From NCBI GenBank assembly GCA_041688155.1, contig JBDNIW010000001.1, positions 7,319 through 71,318 on the forward strand: a stretch of DNA of 64,000 bases. The letters run 5' to 3'. The position numbers and the translations under genes were made by a program. Positions 38,699-49,699 of this stretch are shown here, one piece after another. Under the pieces are notes generated by a model. That model saw only the letters and a list, made by a program, of their open reading frames with translations, did no database searches and was not told the origin of the DNA. This stretch comes from Minisyncoccota bacterium (GTDB lineage: Bacteria > Patescibacteriota > Minisyncoccia > Phycocordibacterales > UBA918). The stretch's first letter is position 1; each line of letters starts with the position of its first letter.

Positions 38699-39226
38699 CT
38701 AAATTTTAAATCTCGGTTTCCATAATTTGTACGTAGTTCTGGCGGTGGTAGCGAGTATTATCAATTCCATTAATAATGGCCCAATTGAAAGAAACACAGT
38801 GTTGTGAACAATCCATAGTGAAGTTGAAAGCATCATCATCAGTCTCATCTTGATTCCAGAAAGATAAAAAACAGCAATCGTGCCTACTACTGCGGATATA
38901 ACTGGAAGTATATCAATTAGTTCGTTGAAGGTGTAAATCCCAACTGAAATATAAATTAACAAGAACACAATAGCTGCGCCACGCACTTTCTTGTAAACAG
39001 AAATAGAATTTCTTATCCCAGTGATCAAAGACATGGCAGCAGCCGACTCAGAACCTAGTAGGTAAAAGTGCAGCGCTAGAACAAAACTCTGGATAGCTTG
39101 CCAGATGCGAAGCTGCTGGTCTTCTGCCTTTGAGAATGCATAGACCCCAGCTATAAATGCAACAAAACCAAGTCCTTGTATTAGGTATAGATTTGTAGTG
39201 AGGGTAACCAGGGTCTCTAAAACCAT
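38699..39226 (-). CDS. YgjV family membrane protein
   Basis: Hydrophobic; LHFYLLG, LWIVHN..SIG..E. Confidence 0.8.
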   Translation of the reverse strand: MVLETLVTLTTNLYLIQGLGFVAFIAGVYAFSKAEDQQLRIWQAIQSFVLALHFYLLGSESAAAMSLITGIRNSISVYKKVRGAAIVFLLIYISVGIYTFNELIDILPVISAVVGTIAVFYLSGIKMRLMMMLSTSLWIVHNTVFLSIGPLLMELIILATTARTTYKLWKPRFKI

Positions 39227-39299
39227 ATGTAATCGAGTATAGCAGTATAGAGTGTCGTTTGGTCTAGTGCTTGCTTGGATTAATTTATTCTAAGCCTGC

Positions 39300-40076
39300 T
39301 TACTCCCTTATCAAAAACTCCTCAATCGCCTCAAACGTTTCTGGTGCAGCAAATAAATTATTGTGACCGGCGTTTTCGATGCTTACAAAAGTTTTATCGC
39401 CGGACAGACTATCGTACAACTCGCGCCCAAGGCTGTAGGGGATAAGTTGATCCTCTTTGCCGTGGATGATGTGGGTGGGGCCGGGGTAGGTAGCTAGGTT
39501 GGTGACGTTATCATACGCGTTCTCTACCAGTAGGCTGGTGGGGTAGAACCAGAAGCGTTGACTGGCTACCGCGGCTAGGTCGGTAAAGGGGGTGATCAGG
39601 AGTAATTTGGCTGGGGGAGCGAGACTGGTGTGGTACGCGGCTACGCCACCACCGATGCTTTCGCCTACGAGGGTGATGTTGGTGATGTTGTTCTGCTCTA
39701 GCCAGTCGATTACATTACGCGCGTCTTGTTTGATCAGAGTGTGGGTTGGGGTACGCGCGTCGCCACCGTAGCCGGCGTACTCGACGATGATGTAATCATA
39801 CCCCGTCTCAGCAAATAGCTGCGCGTACCCAGCCCGATCACAGGCCGAGCCAGCGTTACCGTGATACAGCACGGCCACTGGCAGGTCAGTCCCGCTGACA
39901 TACATCCGCGTCCCGTTGTGGGTGACTTTCTCTGCGCTCAGAAATGCTGGACAACTTGCAAAATCACGGGTTCCCGGCTGATACACAATCCGCTCTTGGT
40001 TCAAGGTCAGCCACGTCCCAAAGGAAATGTAAAAAACGGCAAATATTCCAACCGCGATTTTGTTTCGTCGTTGCAT
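39300..40076 (-). CDS. Alpha/beta hydrolase
   Basis: HGNAG, GESIGG nucleophile elbow, HGKED, AGHNN. Confidence 0.9.
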   Translation of the reverse strand: MQRRNKIAVGIFAVFYISFGTWLTLNQERIVYQPGTRDFASCPAFLSAEKVTHNGTRMYVSGTDLPVAVLYHGNAGSACDRAGYAQLFAETGYDYIIVEYAGYGGDARTPTHTLIKQDARNVIDWLEQNNITNITLVGESIGGGVAAYHTSLAPPAKLLLITPFTDLAAVASQRFWFYPTSLLVENAYDNVTNLATYPGPTHIIHGKEDQLIPYSLGRELYDSLSGDKTFVSIENAGHNNLFAAPETFEAIEEFLIRE

Positions 40077-40150
40077 GGTGCAAGTATAGCAGGGTAGAAC
40101 GAAGAACCACCGGTAGTAAGGTCCTCCGGGTGGTTTGCTTACACTGCCAC

Positions 40151-41998
40151 CTACCCGGCGGTTTTTTGGTATTCCTTAATCGCGTCGATAAATGTATCAG
40201 CGTACTCTTTTAATTTCTTTTGGCCGACGCCAGTGATGGTTGAGAACTGGGCTTTGGTCTGGGGCTGTTGATACGCCATGGCGTGTAGAGACGCATCGCC
40301 AAACACCACAAACGCTGGGACACCGCGCTCGTCGGCGATACGCTTGCGTAAGTTTCTTAGCATGGCAAAACATGCCTCATCGGTTTCGATGTCGGTAACC
40401 CCAATCGCTTTTCTGGATTGTTTGCGAGGCTTGCTGGTCCTGGTTGGAGCGGGGTCAGCATCAGTTAGGAGCATGTCGTCTTGGACGCGCGGGAGCTGCA
40501 GTGTGGCCTTGTTGATTAAAAAGTCAGCCCCCAGTTTACTCACCGCAAAGGTTGGGTAGTCACCAACGTTTTTGCGGATATAGCCGATGGCGAGTAGCTG
40601 CATAAACACTTCGTTCAAGACACTCTCTGGCAGGTCGCCCGCGATACCCCAGACCGAGAGAGTGTCGTGGTTGTAGTCGAGGACTTTTTGTTCTTTGGAA
40701 CCACGTAGGACTTTGACCACATGCGCGCGCCCAAACCGGCCACCAGTTTTGATGATGCCAGACAATATTTTTTGCGTAACCTCGGTTGCATCGACCGTGT
40801 CGCTGCTGGATTTGCAGACGTCACATGTCTCACAGGTCGTAATGGTTGGCTGCTCGCCAAAGTAACTGATCAGGTTGACCCACCGACACGATCGCCCCTC
40901 GGCATAGTTCATCACCTCGCGGATACCGTCGAGTTCTTTTTGCTTTTCAATTTCATCTGACACCATACCGAGGAAATAATCCAGCTTGATTTTGTCGCCC
41001 GCTGAGTACAGCAGCACACACTCACTGCGCAGACCGTCACGACCAGCGCGACCGATTTCTTGGTAGTAGCCCTCGAGGGTTTTGGGAAAGGTGCGGTGGA
41101 TGACCAGACGCACATCTGGTTTGTCGATCCCCATGCCAAACGCGGTCGTAGCGGTGATGACGTTGATCCGGTCATGGATAAAGTCATCTTGCCGAGCGGC
41201 GCGCTTGTCTGACTCGAGTCCAGCGTGGTATGCGCCGGCGGAAAAACCTTCGGCTTGCAACGTCTCTGCCAGCGCCTCGGTGTCTTTGCGGGAGAAGCAA
41301 TAGACGATGCAAGACTCATCTGGATGCTGGCGCAGTAGCGATACGATTTTTTGCACCTCGTTCTTTTTGGGGAGAACTTTGATTTCTAGGTTTTGGCGAT
41401 AGAAACTAGAGACAAATATTTTGGGCTTTTTCAGGTTCAGTTCACTGATGATGTCGTCGCGCACGTTTGGGGTGGCCGTCGCTGTCAGCGCAATAATCGG
41501 GATGGTAGGGAAGCTGGCGCGAAAGGATTTTAGGTTACGGTAATCGGGACGGAAGTCGTGCCCCCACTGCGAGATGCAGTGCGCTTCGTCGATGGCGAGG
41601 GCCTTGATGTCGCAGGTCTTGAGCCAGTCAATCATACCCGGCACCGATAGTCGCTCGGGCGCCATGTACACCAGCTGGTATTTCCCAGCTACCGCGCCGT
41701 CCATCCGCTGACGCAATTCAGCCCCATCGACCGACGAGTTCAAAAACGTCGCTTTGACGCCGTTGGCGGTCAATGCATCCACTTGGTCTTTCATCAGAGA
41801 AATCAGCGGCGAGATCACAATCGTCGTGCCGCCAAGCAGCAGGGCTGGAAGTTGAAAGCATAAAGATTTTCCACCACCGGTTGGCATCAGCACTACGGTA
41901 TCGCGTCCAGATAGAAATTCAGCAATGACCGCTTCCTGTAGCGGCCGAAAAGCGGTGTAGCCAAAGTGCTTTTTTAATGTTTCCAGATAGTCGGCCAT
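40151..41998 (-). CDS. recQ: DNA helicase RecQ
   Basis: PTGGGKS, DEAHCISQWGHDFRP, GRAGRDG, Zn/RQC and HRDC domains. Confidence 0.97.
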   Translation of the reverse strand: MADYLETLKKHFGYTAFRPLQEAVIAEFLSGRDTVVLMPTGGGKSLCFQLPALLLGGTTIVISPLISLMKDQVDALTANGVKATFLNSSVDGAELRQRMDGAVAGKYQLVYMAPERLSVPGMIDWLKTCDIKALAIDEAHCISQWGHDFRPDYRNLKSFRASFPTIPIIALTATATPNVRDDIISELNLKKPKIFVSSFYRQNLEIKVLPKKNEVQKIVSLLRQHPDESCIVYCFSRKDTEALAETLQAEGFSAGAYHAGLESDKRAARQDDFIHDRINVITATTAFGMGIDKPDVRLVIHRTFPKTLEGYYQEIGRAGRDGLRSECVLLYSAGDKIKLDYFLGMVSDEIEKQKELDGIREVMNYAEGRSCRWVNLISYFGEQPTITTCETCDVCKSSSDTVDATEVTQKILSGIIKTGGRFGRAHVVKVLRGSKEQKVLDYNHDTLSVWGIAGDLPESVLNEVFMQLLAIGYIRKNVGDYPTFAVSKLGADFLINKATLQLPRVQDDMLLTDADPAPTRTSKPRKQSRKAIGVTDIETDEACFAMLRNLRKRIADERGVPAFVVFGDASLHAMAYQQPQTKAQFSTITGVGQKKLKEYADTFIDAIKEYQKTAG

Positions 41999-42151
41999 AT
42001 AGTAGCGCTATAGTACCAAGAAACTGAGCGGAAGACTGGTGTCTCCCTGACAACTCGCTGCAAATAGAATCTTACCTAGGCCTTGCCTAGACAGAAATAG
42101 AGGGCTGCGACTGTAGTTACACTCAAAGAGCAAAGCGAGTTGCTTGGTTGT

Positions 42152-44071
42152 TTAATAGTTCAGGCCAAAGTAGCGAGGGAACAATACTTCGCTGTCGTCA
42201 GTGGTAACACCAGTGGCGGTAATCGGTAACTGTTCAATATTGGCTGGCCAGGGCAGGGGTAGGGTGCCGGTAAATTCCTTTGCTCCAAACAGCACGTCTG
42301 CCACGCCAGCGCCCTCGCTACCAGGTAGCCAGGCGACTACCAGTGCATCCCAGTCGGCCATCTCCTTGGTAATAATCAGTGGTCGACCGGTGACCAAAAT
42401 CACAATCACGGAATCACTGGTTTGCTGCAGGTTTTTGATAGTTGCAAGGTCTTCTGCACTGAGGGTGGGGGATGGGTTGTCGCCCCAGCCTTCGGCGTAG
42501 GGGGATTCGCCGACTACCGCAATACCAATCTGGGCTCGGGGAGTGTCAGCGGCAAATTGTCCAGCTTCGTTGTATGCAATTATGGTCTGGGCCCCCGCTA
42601 CCTGGGTGATCCCAGCTAGAATTGAAGTAGAGTTCGGTGTCCAGTTGCCGTCGACCCCTTGCCACTCCATACTCCAGGCGCCCATTTGCACACCGACGTT
42701 ATTCGCTGCGCTACCGGCCACGTTAATTCTTTTGATTGAAGAGTTCAGTGGCAGTACGTTATTTCCATTTTTGAGGAGTACGAGCGATTGCGCAACAGCG
42801 GCGCGCGCCAGTGCGCGATGCTGTTCCTGCACGTTGTCGGTCATTGCTACCACCGCTGGTTCGCCGTCAAACAACCCAAGGGAAAACTTGGCGTACAAAA
42901 TCCGACTGACCGCGTCATCAATTCGCTTATCAGAAATGAGACCGAGGCGATTTGCCCACAACATGTGTCGCTGGAACGCCACGTAGTCAAACGGCAACAT
43001 CACCATATCGACCCCCGCGTTGATTGCGGTAACGGTCGACCAAAAATCATTACGTCGTCCCTCATGAACCCCGTACCAGTCAGACACCAAAAAGCCCTTA
43101 AAACCTAGTTGTCCTTTCAGTACATCAGTCAGCAAGTACTTTTGTCGCGCGGTGCGTTCATCGCCCCAGGTATTGAGTCCGACCATTACACTCAGCGCTC
43201 CGGCCTCTATCGCCGCTTGAAACGGTGGTAGGTAGTCTGTCTGTAGCAGCGTATCGTTGGCCATGGTCACACCTTGATCTATCCTAAAGTTCTCGTTGTG
43301 TGAAGTGTCCCAACCCATGGCACCTAGGCCCGCGAAGTGTTTGGGCGTGGCGAGTACTTGCAGCCGTTGATTATTTTCGCCGGACGCTGATTGCAACCCT
43401 TCTACGTACGCGGCACCGAGCTCGGCTACGAGTGTCGGGTCATCAGAAAACGTTTCGTACACCCGACCCCAACGGATATCTTGGGGTGCATCAAGGGTTG
43501 GTGCAAAATTCCAATTGACTCCCGTGGCAGTCATCTCGGCTGCGGTTGCCGCTGCAACCTGGCGCACCAATGCAGCATTTCCAGCGGCCCCAAACCCAAT
43601 CGCATGGGGGAACACCGTAGCGCCAGTCACGTGGGCATGCCCATGGATGGCGTCTGACCCATAGAGTAGGGGGATGCCAAGTCTTGATGACGCCGCTATC
43701 AGCTGGTACTCAGCAATCATTTGCTTCCAGCCAGCCAAGGTATTGTCAGCCGGTTTGGCACCAGAGCCACTCAAAAGTGCACCCAGCCCGTAGTCACTGA
43801 TATCACCGACAGTCTTCAGACTATTTTTCTCGACCAATGTCATCTGCCCAATTTTTTCTTCGAGGGTCATGAATGACAGGAGGTTGGCAACGCGGTCTTT
43901 ATTTGGGAGGGCCGCGTCTAGGTACGGTGCATCGGGTGGAACTGGTGTCAGAGGTGCCCGATCAAAATAACTAGTATTCATAAAAATATATCCCAGCGCC
44001 ACTACCACTATGGCCAGTAGTGCGAGGTACCCCATGGGGTAGCGGTTAGTGAGGTTAGTACCAATAGTCAT
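42152..44071 (-). CDS. Glycoside hydrolase family 3 (beta-glucosidase-like), membrane anchored
   Basis: EEKIGQM, DAIHG, WGRVYE, KHF, VSDW, AWLPGSEG. Confidence 0.94.
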   Translation of the reverse strand: MTIGTNLTNRYPMGYLALLAIVVVALGYIFMNTSYFDRAPLTPVPPDAPYLDAALPNKDRVANLLSFMTLEEKIGQMTLVEKNSLKTVGDISDYGLGALLSGSGAKPADNTLAGWKQMIAEYQLIAASSRLGIPLLYGSDAIHGHAHVTGATVFPHAIGFGAAGNAALVRQVAAATAAEMTATGVNWNFAPTLDAPQDIRWGRVYETFSDDPTLVAELGAAYVEGLQSASGENNQRLQVLATPKHFAGLGAMGWDTSHNENFRIDQGVTMANDTLLQTDYLPPFQAAIEAGALSVMVGLNTWGDERTARQKYLLTDVLKGQLGFKGFLVSDWYGVHEGRRNDFWSTVTAINAGVDMVMLPFDYVAFQRHMLWANRLGLISDKRIDDAVSRILYAKFSLGLFDGEPAVVAMTDNVQEQHRALARAAVAQSLVLLKNGNNVLPLNSSIKRINVAGSAANNVGVQMGAWSMEWQGVDGNWTPNSTSILAGITQVAGAQTIIAYNEAGQFAADTPRAQIGIAVVGESPYAEGWGDNPSPTLSAEDLATIKNLQQTSDSVIVILVTGRPLIITKEMADWDALVVAWLPGSEGAGVADVLFGAKEFTGTLPLPWPANIEQLPITATGVTTDDSEVLFPRYFGLNY

Positions 44072-44171
44072 TTGATTAGTATATAGCACCTATATAATGA
44101 ATCACGTGACAACCGTGGCTGATTAGTGTTAGGGTGAGGATAGGAGTTACTCGACTAATACATCTAGAATT

Positions 44172-44831
44172 ATGTCAAAACCAATCACACTATATTCACT
44201 AGCGACCCCCAACGGTCAAAAAGTATCAATTGCCCTAGAGGAAATGGGGCTAGCGTACGACGCAATCAAAATCGATATCACCAAAGACGAGCAGTTTGAT
44301 CCCGCCTACCTCAAACTCAACCCCAACGGCAAAATCCCGACTATCACAGACCACGAAGGACCCGAGGGTGAACCAATCTCGATTATGGAGTCAGCGGCTA
44401 TTTTGATCTACCTAGCTGAAAAATCAGGCCAGTTGCTGGCGACTGATCCGCGAGAGCGAATGGTTACGTTACAGTGGCTGTTTTTCCAGGTGGGGCACGT
44501 CGGACCAATGTTCGGTCAGTTTGGCCACTTCTACGCCCACGGCGGGAAAGACGCCTGCGATCACCCGTACCCACTTGAGCGCTATACAAAAGAAACCAAG
44601 CGCCTACTCGCTGTGCTCGAGGAGCGCCTGACAGCCAACGCCTACCTAGCCGGGCCAAACTATTCGATTGCCGACATCGCAACCTTCCCCTGGGTCGGCT
44701 GTCTTGATTGGGGATATCACGCGAGTCAGGTCCTAGACCTGCAGTCATACCCACACGTCATGGCCTGGCACCAGAAATGCAGCGAACGACCAGCCGCCAA
44801 GCGAGGTGCAGCGGTGTGCCCGTTTGATTAG
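44172..44831 (+). CDS. Glutathione S-transferase (YfcG/YghU-like)
   Basis: TPNG, NPNGKIP, MESAAIL, YSIADIA. Confidence 0.93.
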   Translation: MSKPITLYSLATPNGQKVSIALEEMGLAYDAIKIDITKDEQFDPAYLKLNPNGKIPTITDHEGPEGEPISIMESAAILIYLAEKSGQLLATDPRERMVTLQWLFFQVGHVGPMFGQFGHFYAHGGKDACDHPYPLERYTKETKRLLAVLEERLTANAYLAGPNYSIADIATFPWVGCLDWGYHASQVLDLQSYPHVMAWHQKCSERPAAKRGAAVCPFD

Positions 44832-45019
44832 AGTAGTTTAGAACGATAGTTGAACGGATCAAATATTGAAGAAGTGTAGTGTCGAACGTACCGTGCATAG
44901 GGTGGTAAGGTCTAACAATGGTGGTTGACTCTATTTACCTAAAATAATTACAGAAAAGACTCCCAACCTCGGGAGTCTTTTCTGAAAGTGGGTAGGGTTG
45001 AAGGGAATGTTTCGGTGAT

Positions 45020-45733
45020 TTACTCCAGGTACTCGAACGTATGTGCTTGAGGAGTAGATGCGCCGGCCTTCCTCAAAACAGCATTTATTGGTTGTAATGA
45101 TGCAAAAGCTGTAACTACATCTGTTTTGATATGTTTGCTATTTATGTCTGTGTCACTTAGCCCGCAGCCGATTGTGAAATCTTTGTGGCGTAGCAAATCA
45201 ATTCCGGGATGGGCAACGTCATATCCCTGGGGCGCTTTTTTAAGTTTATACGCGTCACTGAGTCCCTGTGGAAAATAGTATTCTAATGTGGGGTCAGACA
45301 ATAGTTTTTGTATTTTTTTATGGTGGGTTGCAATATATCCCCGCATAGTGTCTAGATGTAGGCGGTCGGGCATCTTGATACCTCCACCCATGAAAGATTT
45401 GTCATCGGGCGCAATCGCAAAATAATATACTGGTTCAGTTGGGTCTTTTATATCGGCTGAAATAAGTCCTGACAACGTTGTTTTATATTTAGCTTTGTTT
45501 CTAGAAAAGCGAGCGTCTCGATGCAGTCGAAATACTTTTATTGTCTCGATGCCTTTTTTATGATTACGTGCGATTGCAGTATCAAATGTTATGACTTCAT
45601 CCCGTATCTGTCCCAGCAGCTGAGTGAATTCCTGTCTCAGCACATTGTATTCATCTTTATGTTCCTCGTACCACTCTTTGTTATTGTTTTGTTTGATACC
45701 TCGCAGGAAGGTAAGTAGTTCAGAATGTATCAT
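45020..45733 (-). CDS. DUF2461 family protein
   Basis: NNNKEW, FRLHRDARFSRNK..YK, LKKAPQGY. Confidence 0.88.
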   Translation of the reverse strand: MIHSELLTFLRGIKQNNNKEWYEEHKDEYNVLRQEFTQLLGQIRDEVITFDTAIARNHKKGIETIKVFRLHRDARFSRNKAKYKTTLSGLISADIKDPTEPVYYFAIAPDDKSFMGGGIKMPDRLHLDTMRGYIATHHKKIQKLLSDPTLEYYFPQGLSDAYKLKKAPQGYDVAHPGIDLLRHKDFTIGCGLSDTDINSKHIKTDVVTAFASLQPINAVLRKAGASTPQAHTFEYLE

Positions 45734-45941
45734 ACGTTTTTTGTTAGCCTGGCTACCGATGTAGTGTTGCAGCTGGTGTGTAGAACTATATCAGTTTGAG
45801 GGTATAAACCCAGTCTGACTAAAAATGAGAACTTACTGACGGAGGCCTTGCCTCCGTAGGGACGCATGTGAAGTGTTTGGAAGCTGTTGCAGTTGAAGCT
45901 TTAATTGACCTGGTTGCTAAGTAGAGTGATACAATTATTTT

Positions 45942-46472
45942 ATGGGAAAAGAACAATTAAAAATAGGAGTCACAATATTAATCACGTCAATTGTAGTTGG
46001 TTTAGCTGTTTATTACTTCACTAACCCTAAGATAGGGAAAGAAAATACTGACACAAAGCAGCAACTCAGTACTTATAATCAAAGCTCCAAAGAATATGCT
46101 GTAATGAGTCGAGAGCTTTGGAGTGCGTTTTCGTGTTCTACTTGGGCTTCCCATTTTAAAGACGGAGAAGAGGCCGAAAGATTGTTCTTGTTTGGCTATG
46201 AACAGGGGGAGAAATTCCTAGGTGCCACACGTGCGGAAAAAATTACTTACGCAGATTTTCAATCAGAGGTTCCAATTGGAGTTAGTTTGTCACTAGCAGG
46301 TCCCAACAATGATTTTGTCCTTGGTGTACTTTATACAAACGCACAGGAGGACGCGTTGGAGGAAGTGTTCTACACTAATTATGATAGAAAAAAACTTAAT
46401 TCTGATGATTTACAAAAATCTATTGCAGAAAAGAAGTATCGTGAAGGAAATTGTCAGTTGATTGGAAGATAA
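45942..46472 (+). CDS. Hypothetical membrane-anchored protein
   Basis: 176 aa AT-rich ORF with N-terminal TM. Confidence 0.7.
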   Translation: MGKEQLKIGVTILITSIVVGLAVYYFTNPKIGKENTDTKQQLSTYNQSSKEYAVMSRELWSAFSCSTWASHFKDGEEAERLFLFGYEQGEKFLGATRAEKITYADFQSEVPIGVSLSLAGPNNDFVLGVLYTNAQEDALEEVFYTNYDRKKLNSDDLQKSIAEKKYREGNCQLIGR

Positions 46473-46552
46473 AGTAGGAATGGCTCCTGACCCCATTTAT
46501 AAAGCTTCACCTAGGACTCTCTTAGGTGAAGCTATAAGAATATAATCTAACT

Positions 46553-47155
46553 ATGGAACATAAAGAACAATTTACTAAATTATTATCGGAAATAGAGAAT
46601 GACAGCTCAGTAAAAGAGTCAGTAAAAGATTGGGGAGTTGCACTGCTCAAAAAATTGATTCGTGGCACTGAAATTGTAAATCGTGAATATGATTATTATG
46701 ATAATGGTTATTACCTTGGTTATTTAATGATAGCTGCTCAAAGGATTGAAAATACACTTGTTGGACTGATTGAAAGCCTAGAAAAGTTACAAGCACAGGA
46801 AGAAGTACGGGAAGTGAAAATGCCAAAGCTTAATCGTCCACTAGGCTGTCTTGCAGATATTCTTGAAAAATATATCGAATCAGAAATTATTAAGGAATTA
46901 AGAGATTTCACAGAATTTAGAAACGAAATAGTACATAAAATTTATATTGTTCAATCTACATCGTTATCTGAAATAGAAAACTCTATCCCAAGAAGTTACG
47001 ACCAGGCTAAAATTCTTGCTTTACAGACAAAAATTATGAAGCTACAAGCTTTGGTCCTCAAAAAAATACACACCGATAGCGAAGTGTATATCGATGCAAT
47101 TGAAGCCAAGATTGACGAGGAACTTACTGATCAAGTATCACTAAAATTAAAATAA
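46553..47155 (+). CDS. Hypothetical protein (possible HEPN-like helical domain)
   Basis: 200 aa AT-rich ORF with RNEIVH (RxxxxH). Confidence 0.65.
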   Translation: MEHKEQFTKLLSEIENDSSVKESVKDWGVALLKKLIRGTEIVNREYDYYDNGYYLGYLMIAAQRIENTLVGLIESLEKLQAQEEVREVKMPKLNRPLGCLADILEKYIESEIIKELRDFTEFRNEIVHKIYIVQSTSLSEIENSIPRSYDQAKILALQTKIMKLQALVLKKIHTDSEVYIDAIEAKIDEELTDQVSLKLK

Positions 47156-47340
47156 AACCCTGCTGATTCTAAGTTTCGCCTAGGACTGTACGCTTCGCCT
47201 AGGTCAAGCATTGTCATGCCTACCATACGCTCAACTTGGAGGTTGAAATAAAGTAGGTGGGTGTACGTATGAAATAACAACTAACATTGCTTGATTTGAT
47301 GTCTTGTATAATTTGCTTATAAATAGCGCTGCCACTCACT

Positions 47341-49008
47341 ATGCAATTCTTTAAAACCCACAAAATAAAATTTGTAATTATTCTCATATTGGCTGGTGGC
47401 GGATATTGGTATACCCAGTCTGATCGGACAGAAGAACCAACGGTAGCAGCGGTAGTGGTTGAACAAGTGGGGCGGGGTGATGTGACTTCAGGGATTGAGA
47501 CGACTGGTGAGATTGTGGCCGCTCAGAAACTTAATCTGGACGTGTATAAACAGATTTCTCGGATTGATCTGGTGAACGTTATTAATGGCGGTACGGTCGC
47601 TGCTGGTGATGTGCTGTTTACCTTTGATGCGAGTAACGCGCTGGTTGCGGTTGAGTCATCTAGAGTAGGGGTGCTGGGGGCAGAGCTCACCCTTGAGAAT
47701 CAACGGGCAAATGTGACCGATCCAAATAGCACCATCCGAACGCTTGAAAACGATATCGTTGCATTAGAAGCGGACATCGCGCAAGCTGGGGTAGATAAAA
47801 ATCGGGCGTATCGGGCGTACCTCAACGCGAACTTGGAACCCGTACCAGGTACGAGTAACACAGTAGATAAAGTGAAGCCAACCATATCTGGTTTGTACAC
47901 AGCGACCAACGAGGGGGAATACCGAGTGAGTGTGTATCGGTCTGGAGCAGACTCTGGTTACTCATATCGAGTTGGTGGGCTGGAGTCTAATACGGAATCT
48001 GTGTTACTAGGAGTACCATCTTTGCTTGGACAATCAGGACTTGAGATTACCTTCCCTTTATCAATAGCCACTGGTGATGCTTGGATTGTTGCGGTTCCAA
48101 ACATCCACGCTCCAGAGTATGTTGCTACGCTTGAATTATACGAGGAGACAATTACTAGTCTAGAGCTACTGGTGGTTGAGGCTGGAGTCAGTATCCAAAA
48201 CAAGCAGCAAGAAATAGAAGATATCTTGCAAACGGACACGACTCAGTTCCGTGATCTTGGGGTGTCCCAAGCCCAAGCTGAATTAGCTCAAGCGCGAGAG
48301 CAGCTTTCACAGAACTTTGATGTTGTGCAGGAGCAAAGTATAGTCGCACCGTTTTCTGGCACGGTTGAGGGCATGGAAAACGTAGTAGTTGGGGCGTCCC
48401 CAACTCGTGATACCAACGACCCTATCACCCTTGGTACCCTTATTTCTGATGATTTTTTAGTGACGTTTTCACTCAGTGCTGTGGATGTGGCAAAGGTCTC
48501 AGTGGGGCAGTTGGTGTTGGTGAACATTACTTCCTTTCCAGATATACCAACCCTTGAGGCTACTATCAACGAGATTAGTTCACTACCAAATAGTGAAGGG
48601 GTAGCGCAGTATGCGGTGCAAGCGTTAATCAACTTACCACCAGAAGCAACAGTCCAGCTACGTGAGGGATTATTGGCTGATATCGAGATTGTGCAAGAGG
48701 TGGCCGTAGATGTAGTGCGAGTCCCTAGTGCAGCGATAGTCTACGAAAACAGACAAGCACAAGTCCGCGTGCTGACCGACCTTACCCCAGAGCAACAAGA
48801 GACAATCACCACTTTGAATATTATTCGAACGATGTCTGATCAGTCGGTTGGGTTTATGGTCGATGTTGAGATTGGTGTAGCGGGCGCATTTTATAGTGAA
48901 ATCATTGGTGGTCTAACGGAGGGGCAATACGTAGTGGTTGGTGATACTGATGATACTGAGTCAGCCCTCAGTGAATCGAGGCGAGGTGGTCGGCCAAATA
49001 ATGATTAA
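47341..49008 (+). CDS. Efflux adaptor / HlyD-MacA-like protein
   Basis: TM anchor, lipoyl halves (GTVAAGDVL, IVAPFSGTV), coiled coil, VPSAAI. Confidence 0.85.
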   Translation: MQFFKTHKIKFVIILILAGGGYWYTQSDRTEEPTVAAVVVEQVGRGDVTSGIETTGEIVAAQKLNLDVYKQISRIDLVNVINGGTVAAGDVLFTFDASNALVAVESSRVGVLGAELTLENQRANVTDPNSTIRTLENDIVALEADIAQAGVDKNRAYRAYLNANLEPVPGTSNTVDKVKPTISGLYTATNEGEYRVSVYRSGADSGYSYRVGGLESNTESVLLGVPSLLGQSGLEITFPLSIATGDAWIVAVPNIHAPEYVATLELYEETITSLELLVVEAGVSIQNKQQEIEDILQTDTTQFRDLGVSQAQAELAQAREQLSQNFDVVQEQSIVAPFSGTVEGMENVVVGASPTRDTNDPITLGTLISDDFLVTFSLSAVDVAKVSVGQLVLVNITSFPDIPTLEATINEISSLPNSEGVAQYAVQALINLPPEATVQLREGLLADIEIVQEVAVDVVRVPSAAIVYENRQAQVRVLTDLTPEQQETITTLNIIRTMSDQSVGFMVDVEIGVAGAFYSEIIGGLTEGQYVVVGDTDDTESALSESRRGGRPNND

Positions 49009-49013
49009 TCAGT

Positions 49014-49694
49014 ATGACTACACCTGTCGTAGATCTACAACACATCAACAAAGAATTTAAGCTGAGTGCAGAGGTGTCTGTTACGGTGTTGCGTGATGTT
49101 TCGATTCAAATTCAATCAGGTGAAATGGTCGCAATCCTCGGACCCTCTGGATCAGGAAAGTCGACCTTGATGAACTTGATTGGGTGTCTTGATATACCAA
49201 CCTCTGGTGATTACTTTTTTGCTGGGACGAGAGTTAACGATTTATCTGATGACGAGCTGGCAGAGTTACGTTCGTCTGATATTAGCTTTGTCTTTCAGTC
49301 ATTTCATCTCCTCTCAGGGAAAACAGTCTACCAAAATGTACTATTACCATTGCTATACCAGCGATCATTTTCTGGTAGTAAAGACGAAACAGTCAAAGCT
49401 GCCTTGCGACAAGCCCAGCTTGAAGAAGAGCAGTGGTACAAAAAACCAAACCTACTCTCAGGTGGACAGCGACAACGAGTTGCGATCGCACGCGCGTTAG
49501 TTGCTAAACCAAAACTACTACTGGCTGACGAACCAACTGGAAACCTCGATTCCAAAACGGGAGTCAATGTCATGGAAGAACTCAAAACCCTCAATCGTGA
49601 ATATGGAACGACGATTGTAATCGTAACTCACGACGAGAGTCTGGCTGAGATGGTTGATCGGGTGATTACTATTAAAGATGGAGTTGTTTCCTAA
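49014..49694 (+). CDS. ABC transporter ATP-binding protein (MacB/LolD-like)
   Basis: [27 protein letters not shown]. Confidence 0.95.
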   Translation: MTTPVVDLQHINKEFKLSAEVSVTVLRDVSIQIQSGEMVAILGPSGSGKSTLMNLIGCLDIPTSGDYFFAGTRVNDLSDDELAELRSSDISFVFQSFHLLSGKTVYQNVLLPLLYQRSFSGSKDETVKAALRQAQLEEEQWYKKPNLLSGGQRQRVAIARALVAKPKLLLADEPTGNLDSKTGVNVMEELKTLNREYGTTIVIVTHDESLAEMVDRVITIKDGVVS

Positions 49695-49699
49695 ATTAT

